Shown here: positions 1 through 12,900 of the stretch, piece by piece
Position numbering within the stretch: the first letter of the stretch is position 1
Layout of the letters: every line of letters begins with the position of its first letter
NCBI GenBank assembly: GCA_021432655.1
Contig: MU271317.1
Location: forward strand, 1 to 54,126
Direction: 5' to 3'
DNA: 54,126 nt
Origin: Atractiella rhizophila
Lineage: Eukaryota
Position numbers and translations under genes: made by a program
The notes under the pieces: generated by a model
Told to the model about the DNA's origin: nothing
Databases searched by the model: none
What the model saw: only the letters and a program-made list of their open reading frames with translations

Positions 1-580
1 CACCCTCAGCCGCTTCTGAAGTCCACAACGGTGTACTGAAGATACGTGACGAAGATTCTCTGGACTTTGATATGAGAGAGCGAGAGGAGCTACAACTGAG
101 TCTGCGGCGACAAGGCGGAACTGAAGATCCAGAGGATGAGCATGCAGATGGAGAAGGAGATGCAGCTGACTCTGCTGGCGTGATCCTAGGGTAAATCTCC
201 TCCTCGCTGCAACTTTTCTAGTCTAACCAGATTTACCCAGTATCCACAACATTTTCATCGTCCTTCCCCAATTTCTGGTCACCTTCGCGTCTTCCATCAT
301 CTTCGCCATCCTGGCACCGGGAAAATCTGTCCTCGGGGGCAGTGAGAAGCCTATTTCTCTCAACACAACTGCGATAGATGACGCCGTTCTCTCAATTCGA
401 CAAGAAGAAGTCGAGTTGGCTGTCGACCCCAACGACTGGGACGCCATTGGAGTTGTCTTCCGATTAGGAGGAGTGGCGACCGCCATTGCAGCGTACTTCT
501 GTTGGACTCTCAGGAAGAGCATGAGGAGCGGATATGAAGGATACCAGCCCATGGGCATGCAATCTACTGCTCTGTCTTAA
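1..580 (+). CDS. 3' end of an MFS sucrose/alpha-glucoside transporter (Sut1/SLC45-like), partial
   Basis: Splicing intron 191-240 gives ...SAGVILG|IHNIFIVLPQFLVTFASSIIFAIL...DAIGVVFRLGGVATAIAAYFCW..., the C-terminal helices typical of this family. Stop TAA at 578-580. The ORF track shows only the antisense shadow. Confidence 0.8.
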
Positions 581-863
581 TCATCTCATCGACCTTTGCC
601 TTGATCAAAAGTATAAATGACTGTGATTCGTATGCGTATTCAACTAGTTTGGGTTTGGGTCCGTGCAGTATAGCTGTTGGTTATAGTAGGATAGGACGAT
701 TTCGTGAAACCGTTCACAGAAGTGCTTATATCGATTGTAGTAATGTTTACCTCAAGGTATATATGCTGAAGTAATCCATTCCATACTCATAAGTAAAGCG
801 TCCACCATCCATTAGGACTCGCTGATCAAGTAGATTAACGGTCCATCCAAGAAGTATTCCAAA

Positions 864-2043
864 TCACTGTGTCTTCTTCTTATTTCCAGGATCATTCCGC
901 TTCTTCGTACTCCATCTAATTCTCGCACTCTGCTTCGTCCCAGCGTTCTCTTTCCTACTCCACGGAAGCGGTATGCTGACATTGATGTTTGAGAGGACGA
1001 TACGATTGAAGACAATAGACACCATGAGGACGGCAGCGCAGATCGCTTTGGCTTCTGCGGGTTTCAGGACGTTTCGTTTCGAAATCCAACCTGAACTTTC
1101 AGGAATACCGAAACTCTTTCGTATCGAGGAAGGGTTGTCGATCAGAAGAGAGTAGAGCACGGCTGCTGCTGTACAGCTCCAGATTTCGAAGGACGGGCTG
1201 GATGTTAGGTATGTCGGTGCCTGAATGGTCCAGGTGTGAGAGAAGCCGTTGCTGTAGTGTTGATGTCAGCTAGCTTCCATTTCGTGCAATAGAAGGCAAG
1301 ATACTTACAAAAGTGGAACCAGAAGATCTCCTCCCGCTCCGATGAGCGTGGAGAGGAATATCACTGGGGCTTTCTTCAGGCTGCTTTCAAGGATAAGGCA
1401 TAAACGGACCCGCGAACGCAGAACTGGAAATATCTTTGCTGGAATGTGCAAGTGTATTATCTACTCCTAGCGAGGTGACACCCCACGCACGTGCGAAGCC
1501 GTCTAGGAGAGCGAAGAAAGTCTCCAATGGGAGTTCCGGTACTTGCAGCGCAAGCTCTCCTAGCTTTGTGTGGGTGACAGCCAATGCCCCAATTCTGGAT
1601 TCGGTGATCGAGGCTTTAGTAAATGCCAGAGGAAAGTAAAATAGACATACGCGTAAACAAACATGTCTTTTGGACTATGCAGGAAACCTTCACACTGACG
1701 CATGAACATCATCCTGTGAGGAGATAGAAAAACCGACTAGGAATCTGGTTTAGCAACAAGGCTAGTCCGCACACATCAGATTTAATCCATTAACCAGGCC
1801 GAATGGATACTTACAAGCGAATATCCCTCCCCCAAAGACCATGACTATTGTCACAAATGCGACTTGACCAGCTGCCATGTGTGTTTCCGATCCATTGCGA
1901 TGAATAATCTGCTTTAATGCTACCCCGATTCGCAGAGAGTGCACAAAACCGAATATCGTTACTGGAAAATATCCAGGATGGATTTCACGGACGGCTTGGG
2001 ACTCGAGGGTCGAGTATACGGAGGTTAGGGTGTTGAGGGACAT
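864..2043 (-). CDS. Multi-pass membrane protein, TRIC/TMEM38-like cation channel candidate
   Basis: Spliced product includes IVMVFGGGIFA|SLLLNQIP|SFL..., LLDGFARAWGVTSLGVD and FLSTLIGAGGDLLVP, with a basic tail ending KKKTQ. Two glycine-cluster helices resemble the duplicated TRIC repeats. Includes a 24-nt exon at 1738-1761. Confidence 0.55.
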
Positions 2044-2926
2044 CGAAAAGCTAATGAGATGTGACTAAATTGGTGTTCTACTTGAGCTGGAGATGCGTCT
2101 GAACGAGGTGTTCTGCAATAACTATCAGGATCTCACTCAGTGGCCTAGCAGAAGTGAAAATAGAGTGGATGCTCGAATATCAAATTTGCTGCAGGAGGAT
2201 GCTGTTACTTCCAAGGACACCACACTTCGCGGAACGATTCTGCTGCTTATTCATGGAAGCAAGTCCCAGCCATAACGCTCGGGCTTCTGCAGCACAGCAT
2301 GAGAAAGGGAAAGAAGGGGATGTGGAGCTGTGGCATTTCAATTTTACGGTTTCGCCAAGCAGTGTCCGTGCAACGCGGCATCGGGGCCAGGTTTATCAGG
2401 ACAAATCACCAGCTGTCGTGATCCGTGGGACAAATCACACCTAGTTTCCCTGCTTGCCGTGCGCTTCGACTGAGCAAAGGGCAAGTTTGGGCTCTTTTCA
2501 TGAAGCGTATTTGACATTCCAAAACCAGGACTTGGAGAGAAGAGAGAAAGTAATCGAGTAAGCACCCGCAGAAGCGAGAGAAATAAGTCGTAGTAAAAGA
2601 ATCATATTATCAGCTTGTTGAATGATAAGCCAGACTCCAAGCTTGGCTTCAGTGGGCTCGAGACTGAGATCACGCACCTAGAATGAAAACTAAAAAGCAA
2701 TTACTATCACCTTAGATTACTACGAGCCTCCCTAGCTACTGCTACACCCCGTTCGAGCCTGTTGATGCTGAATCGACCTTCGAGGTTGGTCGAACGTTCA
2801 CTGGAATCACTTTGTTCACGCGCAGCAGATTTGGTTAAAAGAACAAAGTTACGCAGCAAAACGGGCGGAAAAAGTGTCCAAGATCCCCTTGTTTTGATTG
2901 GAACTCTAATTTTCTTGTTTTTGAGC

Positions 2927-5900
2927 ATGCGACGCGCTCTCATTCCCCTGCCTCTGAACGCGGCCTCCAGCGCATCCAACCACTCCCTCTGCCCGCCAAC
3001 GATATTCAGACCATCGCTGTCCCCAGATGCGACCATCCAAATCCGCTTGTGCAACGGTGGACACACGCTCGAGTTTCGCTACCTGTTCACGGCCGCCGTA
3101 CCCGACAGAACTCCCAGCACTTGGGACTTCGACAACCCGTTGATATGCCCACCCGTGGTCTGGGAAAGTCCGGAGGGACTGATGGTCGTTTTTTGTTTGA
3201 CAGAGGGAAGAATGTATCGCTTCGCGTTTGCCGCGCCATGGTTCTTTGCTGAGGTGGAAGAGGAAGAGGAGTTGCTTGAGGAGTGGAGTTTGGAAGATTG
3301 GGGATTTGAAACGATTAAGGGAGAGAGGAGGCCGTTTTTCGCGTCTTCTCTAGGACCTAAGGAGGGCTTGGTCGTCGCTTGTGAGGATGGGACAGTATGG
3401 GTCATTGAACGGGACCTGGGTGAGTCTCTCTCTAATTCAAGTCAGGATGAAGTGGCATTGAGTGTTATCCGATATGCTAAAAGTTGTGACAACAAACCAA
3501 TGGCACGTCTCGCAGCTCTCATATTCTTCAGGTCTCAATCCCTTCACCGCGCTCGCCTCCCGTTTCTCCTCTCACAACATATCCGACATGTCCTCTCCTG
3601 ACCTCCTTCTCGACATGGTCACCACCCACACGTCTCCTCCTTTCCTCTTTGCCATCACACGCTCAAGAAGGATACGTGTTTGGGATCTCAATACCCATGT
3701 ATGCATATACAATGCGCCAGACAAAAAGGAGAGTCTCCTCCCTTCCAACCGAAGGAAGATGCTCCGGGTTGCCCTCCAGCAAGATGGATCCTTTGCTATG
3801 GTGCTTTACAATCCGACTGAACATACCTTTTCCCTCCAACTAGCCAATTATCGGAGTCAAGGCGTCGGCTCACTGATCTGGAAGGATGTTGGAAAAGCAA
3901 ATTGCGATTTCGAGCCGGGGATTAGGGAATGTGTCGACTTTGTGTATCGAGCGGAGGAGAAGGAGATTCTGACATTATGGGACGAACCTGAGTCCGTCGG
4001 CGGAGTCGTACGCATCTTCAACTGGTCGACGGAGGCGTGGCAGACAATTCGAGCCCCGTCATCTCTGGCGACTGTGAAAGAGGGAGAGGACGAAAGTATC
4101 GAAGAGATTGCGAAGCGTTTACCGGCGCATATGATACCTACAACGTCGGAGGCGGTTCTGAAGGAAGATGAGGAGACGGGAGAGCCGCTGTATGCGCTTT
4201 TGGAAGAGGATATTAGAGAAGAATGGAGGAAGTGGAGCGCCATCGTTGAGCAAAAACGGAGGTCAGAGCTCGTACCCCTCTCTTTCGCGGCTGAGAAAGA
4301 TGGAGTAATACTCTTGAGAGAGGGGTGGGGAGTCTTGTGCGATGTCGAGGAGGAAGAAGAGGAGGGCGATTGGGTGTACGATTGGGATGTCCTCGCACTT
4401 GTGCAGGAGGTGGAAAAGAATGGACTCGAAGAGACTGCTGCTGAGCTGGTGGGGAGGATGGATGGGGTGGAAGAGCTAGAACCTGTTGAGCTTCGGGAAG
4501 TAGAGGAGTGTCTGAAGGAGTTGGGAAGCGTGCCTGCACCCCACATGGAGGTGGAAGAGGAGGGTCAAGTCGCAGTCTCGTGGGAACATTCGCTTGCTCT
4601 GGAGAGCGTACTGGGAATCATGATTGACCGACGATGGAGCAAGAGTCGGAAACTCATCTGCCGTCTGGTGGGCATGTACGCGCGAGAAGAGGCGATGGAT
4701 AAATGGGAAGAGTCGTTCAGCGCCGCCATCTCCGTTCACCACACCTGGTCTGCTCTGCGGTGGCTCAAGGATCAACCAGTCGAGTTCCCTCTCCCGCCGC
4801 GACCGAATACGGAAGCCATACCGCAATTGGATGCAGCGCCAGTTTCCCTTCTCCATTACCTCCTACTCACCATCTTTCGATCGGTTCTCGCGAAGACCAA
4901 TTCCTCTGCGGAGGACGTAGCACTTGGCGTTGCCTCTTTCTTCGCACAGACAGACCTACTGACTCCTAAACGGCTCATCGTTGCTTCTCCCTCAGACGTC
5001 AAGTTCGCTTATCGGCTGTTTCAGCTCGGACTCTTTAATGCTGCCCTGCAGTGGACAGAAATGTTTCCTGGCACTGCGGGAATGAAATTCGTGAAGGGGT
5101 TGGCAGAAGTGGAGTTGGGGAGGTTAGAAGACGCCAGAGAAGACTTTGAACGAGCTGCAAGCGGAGTCTGTACGCCTCCTGTCATCTCTTTTAATGCGAG
5201 CGATTCCATCTATCTGACGGGTTGGTACATAGACGAAAACGAGTTCAGATTTGATGACGACACTGGGCTCCTCCCAGTTCTGAATCATACAGCCACAGCT
5301 TCGTTGGCTCGCTTCTACGCTCATGTCGCTGGGATCTTTGAGCCAAAAGAAGCGCACAGTCAGACTGCTTACTTTTCCAGACTTGCACTCGATGTTTGGT
5401 CGGCAAAGGATGGATCTAGCACGGACCTGTGGAGTCGATTGTTCAGGAGCATCGCTCAGCTTGGAGAATTTGATCGAGCATACGAAGTCTTGATGGCAAT
5501 GCCATCCGGGAATCCCGACATGTAACTCTTACCACCACTCTTCCTATGGTGAAGCTAACTATCTTGTAGTCGCCCCGAATGTCTGAGAAACCTTGTCTCG
5601 TTCATGTGCGAGAGCGGGGCAACAGATCAACTATTGAAATATTCCTTCGGTGGCCTTGTCAAGGAACTTGAACAGACCTTGGACTTCCGAGCAAGAAATT
5701 CAGACACGCTTTCAACCCCAAATTATTATCGTATCCTGTACGCGTACCATATCTCCAAAGCTGACTATCGAAATGGTTTGTGGTATTGCTACGAGCTGCA
5801 GCGAGATGCTGATGGTTTCTTTCCAGCCGCCTTAGCTATGTACCTCCATGCACAACGTATCGAGAACACAGCTTACCGCTCCGCCGACCCTCGACGACCA

Positions 5901-7081
5901 ATCAGACTGCAAACGCAAAGCTACCTAGCAGCTATTAACGCACTCTCTCTGGTGGAGCCAAAGGAACAGGCTTGGATTCCCGTCAACATTCAGGGTTCGA
6001 AAATGATTGGCAAACGGAAGCGCAAGCTCCAATACGTTATTCCAGACAGCCATTTCTCTAAGGATGCAGTAAAGATCGATGTGGTAGAGGTCGAAGATAT
6101 AAGGAAAGAGTATACGATGGCAGTTTCGCGGTTGCAGCTTGCAGATGACTATCCCGAACTTTTACAAAGAAGTATGCCTCCTTTTTCCCCAGAATAAAGT
6201 AACTCAACTTGGTATAGGCAATCCACTCACCCCCGACGTCGTTGTCTCGTTACTCGCGGAAACAGAAGCATACGAGACGGCTTTCAGTGTCGCTGCACGA
6301 CTGGAAGAGGACATGTCCAACATTTTTGCCATTTTGGCCGAAAAGTGCCTACGGCTAGGGGTCTTGAGCGACTCACAAGCAGTGTACGTGTTCCTGAGCC
6401 GATTTCTGCCGTTCCTAACGACCATGACAGTGAATCGAATCTGGCAACATGGGTAACACGCTTTGGAGTGGCATCAACATGGCAGGGTTCGTATGCAGCT
6501 CGAGGCTGGCGGATACTCCAGAGCCTGTTGCAGCGATACGATTCTTCACGGACTAATTGGACATACCATTCGGTAGTCCTAATGCGGATTCTCGAATTTG
6601 ACAGAAGTTTCAACATACCCAACTGGCTCATCGAATTCTACCTCGAGCGCTTCCCCGATCATTTCATCAGGAGTGTGATGAAGTTCAACCTCCTAAGGAC
6701 TGCTTTCGAATTTTCTATTCGACTAGTCAGCAGGGTATGTAGACACTTCCTTCCCCTAATATCTTGGAAGCTCATATGTCAGTACAGAGCCAAAACTCGA
6801 TTGCTCTGTCTCCACCCACAATGAATGGTACGACTTACCTCCCGCACAACAGCTTCGATCTCCTTCTTTCCCTCACCCCCGAAGATGGCGAGCTGGCATT
6901 TCCTTCAGCGCTGTCACAAACCGATCTCCAGTCATTGAAGAAGAGGCTTTCGGAAGCATTGAAGAATTGGATAGCTTCACTCAAACGGATAGAGGACGGG
7001 CTAGCAGCTCGCGCAAAAGAGAAGATGCTAAGACATGGCGAGAATGGAGTGTCCCGAACACGAAGCATGGATCTAAGTTGA
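2927..7081 (+). CDS. NUP120: Nucleoporin Nup120/Nup160
   Basis: Long multi-exon gene with a beta-propeller-like N-terminus (LFAITRSRRIRVWDL) and an alpha-solenoid region with LDFRARNS...NYYRILYAYHISKADYRN..ALAMY..A.R and YLAAINALSLV, characteristic of Nup160/Nup120. Confidence 0.85.
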
Positions 7082-7196
7082 TGATGAAATTATGCGCATG
7101 CAGAATTGAATGACATTAGGTATTGCAAGAGTTGTGCTAAAAATGTAAATAAATTAGTCGTAGTTAGCGTCGTACTTTTGGATTTTCAAAATCTCT

Positions 7197-8823
7197 CTAT
7201 CCTGTTGTCAGAACCCAATCAAGCTTCTCGTCGTCCTCCTTCTGTTTCAAGTGTTCAGCAAACACATCAAGTGAGGGCCCTCCATGCAGAACATCGTTCA
7301 GCACATTGAGAGTGAGAGGGAGTCGATGATCTGTCACACGTCCCTTGATAAAGAAAGAGAGAGTAAGCGATGATCGTCAACCGTGTAGCAGATACAGAGA
7401 GACAAACATCAGGGAAGTTGTAAGTCCGAATTTTCTCTGAACGATCAAAGGATTTGATCTGAGCTTTCCTCGAGCTCGCTCTTAGCGAAGCTTCTTCCTG
7501 GAGCTGCCTGTCTAACAATCTCGCACGCAATAAAGCATATGCTCGAGCTTTATTCTGTCACCATGTCGCAAGTGTCAAGTCTGTATCCCTTCCGGATGAA
7601 GTAGAGAACAATACAAACCTCGTGTTGCGACCTCGTCTCTTGATTGGCCACCACCAACCCGCTTGGAAAATGTGTCAATCGAACCGCCGTCTCCACCTTG
7701 TTTACGTGCTGTAGAATATTGGGAGTTCAGGAAAGGAATGAGACGAGGAAAACACAGACCTGTCCACCTGGACCGCTCGCTCGAAATGTGTCCATTCTGA
7801 TGTCCTTTGGGTCTATGTGAATGCTGGCCAAGGTGGGAGACTCCGCATGGGGATCCATTGGCAGCACCTGAAGATTCTCCAGTGAACTGTTGCTGGGGAA
7901 ACGAAAAGGAACGAAATACCACTACTCCGACCGTCGACGTGTGCGTCCTTCCCTTGCTCTCTGTCGCTGGAACCCTCTGCACGCGATGTACGCCACTCTC
8001 CCACCTGAGCCTCCCGAAAGGTCCTCCAAATGGATCCGAATCGTCAGCACCGTCCTCTCCCTCGTCTTCTCCTTCCCACTTCCTCTTCTTCGCGTCCCTC
8101 GAAATCTGCAGTACCGCATCCCTACATCCACCTTGCTCCATCCTGTTATTCTCCATCACGGTTGCCTCCCATCCACACCGATTGGCAAGCTCAACATACA
8201 TCCCTAATATCTCCTCTGCGAAAAGGGCAGACTCGAGTCCACCGACTGCTGATTTGATTTCGATCAGGGCTGGAAAGTGAGACGTTCCGTAGAATGGGGA
8301 GAGGAAGTCGATGAGGGCTGAATGGAGGAGAAAGGCGTACTTGTCGAGGGATGTGAGGGTGGAAGTGAGCTCTGAAGTGGACAAGGAAAGCATCTCTTCG
8401 TCGTCACTAGATTCAAGTGACATGGCATGAAGTGATTTGCACGCCTGTTTTAGGGAACACGCAGGTCAGATAATCGAAAACGGGAAAAAGAGGCTCACAG
8501 AATCCAAGTCCTCCCATTTTTGCAGCAAGCGCTCAATCTTCGACCACTGATGGTTCTTTTTCTTCTGTGAGGTTGACTCTTTCTTCGTCCCTCCAGAAAA
8601 GACGGTGCTGTGACCTGATGAAGCTGTTACCCACTATGCGTGCGTATATCAATCATAAGCCGCCAACTTGAAAAGAGACACGAACTTGAGATTTGTCTTC
8701 TATGACACGCCGAGCCGCGAGAACTGGCTTGGGCACAGTCGTTGGCAGGGAAGGTATAGATAGCGTAGACCTAAACACTTTGAAAGCGCGATTGACAGAA
8801 GGACTCCATACTCGATGCCTCAT
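7197..8823 (-). CDS. MRF1: Mitochondrial peptide chain release factor 1
   Basis: Motifs [23 protein letters not shown] (PxT), [21 protein letters not shown] (GGQ) and [11 protein letters not shown]-terminus [19 protein letters not shown] is presequence-like. Confidence 0.92.
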
Positions 8824-8922
8824 CCCTCTTGCTCGTCCTTTTTCGGGACATTTTTAAATATCCGAACCTTTCAACTTCCATCCCACAAAAATCCACGAAG
8901 CCAATAATTGTCACCCAAAAGA

Positions 8923-9438
8923 ATGGACGACGAAGATTTCGACCTCTCCCCTTCCGTGAATGCCAATCCGAACCCTTCATTGAGACCATCAACATCATAC
9001 GAGCGTCTACGCGAAAACTTGACAAACCAAGGCTACCGGAGCGGATTGCATGCTGGTGAAGATTCAACGGTACAACAAGGGTTCAAAGAAGGGCTCAGTC
9101 TTCTCGCTCCACCGCTCGGATTGCGCGTTGGGAGATTGCGTGGGAGACTTCAGGCGATCGCGATGCTGTTGAGGAAGGCAAAGCGGTTTGAGGAGGAGGC
9201 GGAGGCGAAGAAATTGTTGGAGAGTGTGCAGGGGGTCTGGTTTTTGCATCGCGTCGAATTGGGCGATAAATTCGAGAAGGAAGTAGATCTAGGCGAAGAC
9301 GAGATAGTCGCTGTAGAGGGCAGAGAGGGAATGGAGGCTCAGCAGTGGAAGCGGGAGGGTAGGAACCCGGAAGAAGTAATGGGGGAATTGGAGGAGAAAT
9401 TGAAGACTTTCTTGGAGAAGATCCCACTAAGGATTTAA
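8923..9438 (+). CDS. YAE1: Yae1-family protein (Fe-S maturation adaptor for Rli1)
   Basis: Intronless ORF with GxxxG repeats: GYRSGLHAGEDSTVQQGFKEGL...GLRVGRLRG. Confidence 0.75.
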   Translation: MDDEDFDLSPSVNANPNPSLRPSTSYERLRENLTNQGYRSGLHAGEDSTVQQGFKEGLSLLAPPLGLRVGRLRGRLQAIAMLLRKAKRFEEEAEAKKLLESVQGVWFLHRVELGDKFEKEVDLGEDEIVAVEGREGMEAQQWKREGRNPEEVMGELEEKLKTFLEKIPLRI

Positions 9439-9984
9439 CGGTCGATGTCGTGAGTTTTTTAACATTTCCATCTCGTTTGCTCGACTGATCAATGTTTAAT
9501 TCAATTGTGTGCAAAAGAATACTACTTGTCACAGAACATCAACAGGCAGATGCTGCTTTCCAATTATCACAGAACGATATCATCGCTTGATTCAGGTGCA
9601 GAGCATTATTTCTCCTTCTTTCTCGTCCTCATCAAACAGCAGAACCACCTCGTGCGCTGACGATTCGAAAAAGCAGCAGCCATGCAAACCTGTATTCCTC
9701 ATTCGGGATTGATCGTTTTCTCAGTCGCATTTACTGTTGTTTCTTTTTCAATACCCAATCAGAACTCAGTACCCTGAACACTCGGAGACTGAGAGATATG
9801 ACACTGTAGAAATTGTGTGCAATAAATGCTGTGCCTCCTTGTCGAATTCTCCGATCCGCGGTAAATAATCTAATATTCGCTGGTGCGTGAAAGAGTCACC
9901 AAGAATAATCCCCAACTGAAAACGACCACGAATCACCTCACTCCAAGGTTCAACCGAGGCTCCATTCTCGCACGCCTTAGGGGC

Positions 9985-12900
9985 ATGTCGACGACGTCCC
10001 TTCCAAAACGCAAGAGGCTCTTCAGCCGCCTGCGTGAAAAGATTTCGATTCCTTGCATCGGTTCATCGGAAGCCCATCACTCTCCACCCTCACCAACTCC
10101 CTCTGGCGAATCTATCAACCAGCACCCTTACGGAGGAATCGGTCAACGGATACCGTCGCCCAACTTGCGCTTCTCCAAGTCCTTCCACTCTCGTCCCCCA
10201 TCCCCACTCCCCGATTCCAAGTATGCGGTCGAACCGTTGGAGGTCCATTTGGGGAACAAGCTGGATGTTGGGTATGGCAACTTGAAGGACTCGGACGGAA
10301 GGAATCTCAGCCTGGCCACGACCAGCGGAGCGAGCGGCAGTCAGACCGGTGGATATGGCGATGTGAAGAAGGTCGAGGAGCCGGAGGAGTTGGAGCCCAT
10401 TTCCAACATTCATCCGCAGGAGGCGGAGGTCCAAGTCAGTTCCCAACCACCGCTTCCAGCTGTCGCTATTCAAGATGTCGATTCAAATGCGCCAGCAGTT
10501 GCCGAAGAAATCAAGACGCAGGACCAGGAGAAGAGGGAGGATACCGAAGATACCGTGATGGCTCATGGCCGAAAGGAGGCTCCGGAGCTCACCGTTGGAG
10601 CTATGCTCACCATCTCACCTCCAAGTTCGTGTTTATCTGTCTTTGTTTCTATTTTTTCGCTCAACGTTCAACGGCTGTAGCTTCACCACCGCCTCCACCT
10701 GCCATCAATACACTGTCTCCCCTTACCCCAACCCCCGCCATCTCTCTTCAACCACCGTCGCCCGCTTCTCCTCACGCCTCCTCTTCGCCAATCACCTTCG
10801 ATTCGCCCACCTCAGACGACGTCGGATTCGCCATCTTCAAAGGCAAGAAGGAAGACCTCCGAAAGGAGATCGTCAGGAAGAAAAGTCTCAACAACGGCAA
10901 CAGTGCCAACGCGCCGCCTCCGGAAGTGCTCACTTTCGACTCTCCCACCGAAGAGAGGGAAGACGCTTTTGCTGCCTTGAAGGGATCAGGGGGCCTTGGA
11001 ATGCAAAAGAAAATGGATAGAAGGGAACTGATGAAGATAAACATGGAGAAGAGGAGGCCAAACCTAGGCAGACTCAGTATGGCGACCTCCAACGACGACA
11101 ACGGTCAAGCTGGAAACGAAGTTCTCTCGGCCGAACCTGAAGACCAAGTCACTACCTTTGCTTCCCCCGTCGAGGAATCATCCGATTTCAGACAATTCGC
11201 TTCTCCCATTGAGGCGCCGGACGGTTATCAGCTCTTCGGTGGTGCACCTGGTGGCCTGGCAGTGGATGGACAGGTTGACGAGGACGTGACTATGTTCGCT
11301 TCGCCAAGCGATGAACCTGAAGGAGGTTTTTCGATGTTCAAGGATCCTCTTCCTATGAATGGAGGCAGCGGCAGCGGCAGTGGAAGTGGAAGTGGCAGCG
11401 TTGGGGGGAAGTTGGACCCGATCAGGACGAGCACCATAGATCTCAAAACGAAGAATGCCAGATCTCCACGCAACCATACCCGTAACAACCCTTCGATCGC
11501 CGTTTCGGACCATGATGATCTCTTGACCCCCCATACCAACGACGATGATGTCGAGATGCTCATGGGAGGAAGGAACCTTTCTGCTTCTCCGATCGCTTTT
11601 CACCCTGCCAGGATGCGTAGCAGGAGCGATGCATCCTCCAATGGAGATGTCGAGGAAGAGGAGGCACCCCCTCTCCCTGATCGATCGAAGGATCGCACGT
11701 TCTCTACTGCTTCCTCAGCTGGCTCCTCCGTCTTTTCGCAATCCAAACTTGATGTTCCGTCGCCTATCACTCCCGTGTCAAACGATGGAAGAATCGGTCT
11801 CCACCACCGACGTAAATCGTCCTCGCACTCCGTGAAGGAGACTCACAACGCGATCACGACTTCGAATCCAGATGGCAGTCGTACGCTGAACCAATATAAG
11901 TTCGGACGCAAGTTAGGAAAGGGGAGCTTTGGGAGTGTCGAGTTGGTGGTGGACACAGACACTGGGGTGGAGTATGCGGTGAAAGAGTTCTCAAAGTCCA
12001 CTCTGAAGAAGAGAGCCAAGGCAGAGATGCTAAGAGGGAAGGGGAGGAGGAACCAATTCCTCAAAGTCTTGGACCAATTCGACAATGACCCGATGCAACT
12101 TATCAAGGGCGAGGTAGCTGTTATGAAGAAGTTGGACCATAAGCACATCGCTAAGCTTTTTGAAGTACTGGACTCGACTGGCGACAGCTTATTCATGGGT
12201 ATGTCGCCTTTTACCACTATTGCGACACACATGCTTACTGGTGGAGAATAGTCATTGAACTTTGTCCTGGTGGATCTCTCATGCGGCTCGAGATTGGAGA
12301 ACCCAGTCCTCCTTTATCCGAAGCTGATGCACGCCATTACTTCCGCCAAATCGTTCTTGGTTCGTCCTGGCTTCTGGCACATCTTGTCTCTGATGATTTC
12401 TCGCAGGACTCGAATATCTTCATTACAACGACATTGCCCATCGTGACATCAAGCCAGACAACATTTTACTTATGAAGGATGCTGAGCGAACTTGCAAAAT
12501 TGTGGACTTTGGTGTTTCCGAAGTGTTCGACAAGCGGGGCGACGACAACGGCTCTAAAAATGCTGGTAGCCCAGCCTTCCTGCCTCCCGAATCTTGCGGT
12601 GGTGCGCTCTTTCATCTTTCTCTTCAGGCTTCTAGCTGATACATGGCAATAGCTCCTTCACCCGCCGGTCTTGGTGGATTCCCAGCTGACGTTTGGGCTG
12701 CCGGCGTCACGCTTTATGCGCTGCTGATAGGGCGGCTACCCTTCGAGAGCACTTTACCCATGGAATTGTACTCACTAATCTGTACCAAAGAGTCAGTTTT
12801 CTTTCTCTTCCCTCATTTCCTTGATTGAGAACAACCCAGGCCCGAATATCCCAATACCCTATCCGAATCGGCTGTCGATCTACTCAAAACATTGTTAGAA

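Noticed and set aside
223..558. Minus-strand 111-aa ORF
   Set aside because: Antisense shadow of the plus-strand Sut1-like transporter exon.
3857..4546. 229-aa Ser-rich minus-strand ORF (and similar ORFs opposite MTG2, Pol eta and ISWI)
   Set aside because: Antisense artefacts of Glu/Lys-rich coding sequence.
10053..10680. N-terminal part of the 732-aa kinase ORF
   Set aside because: The real first exon is in the 9985 frame and joins via intron 10625-10680.
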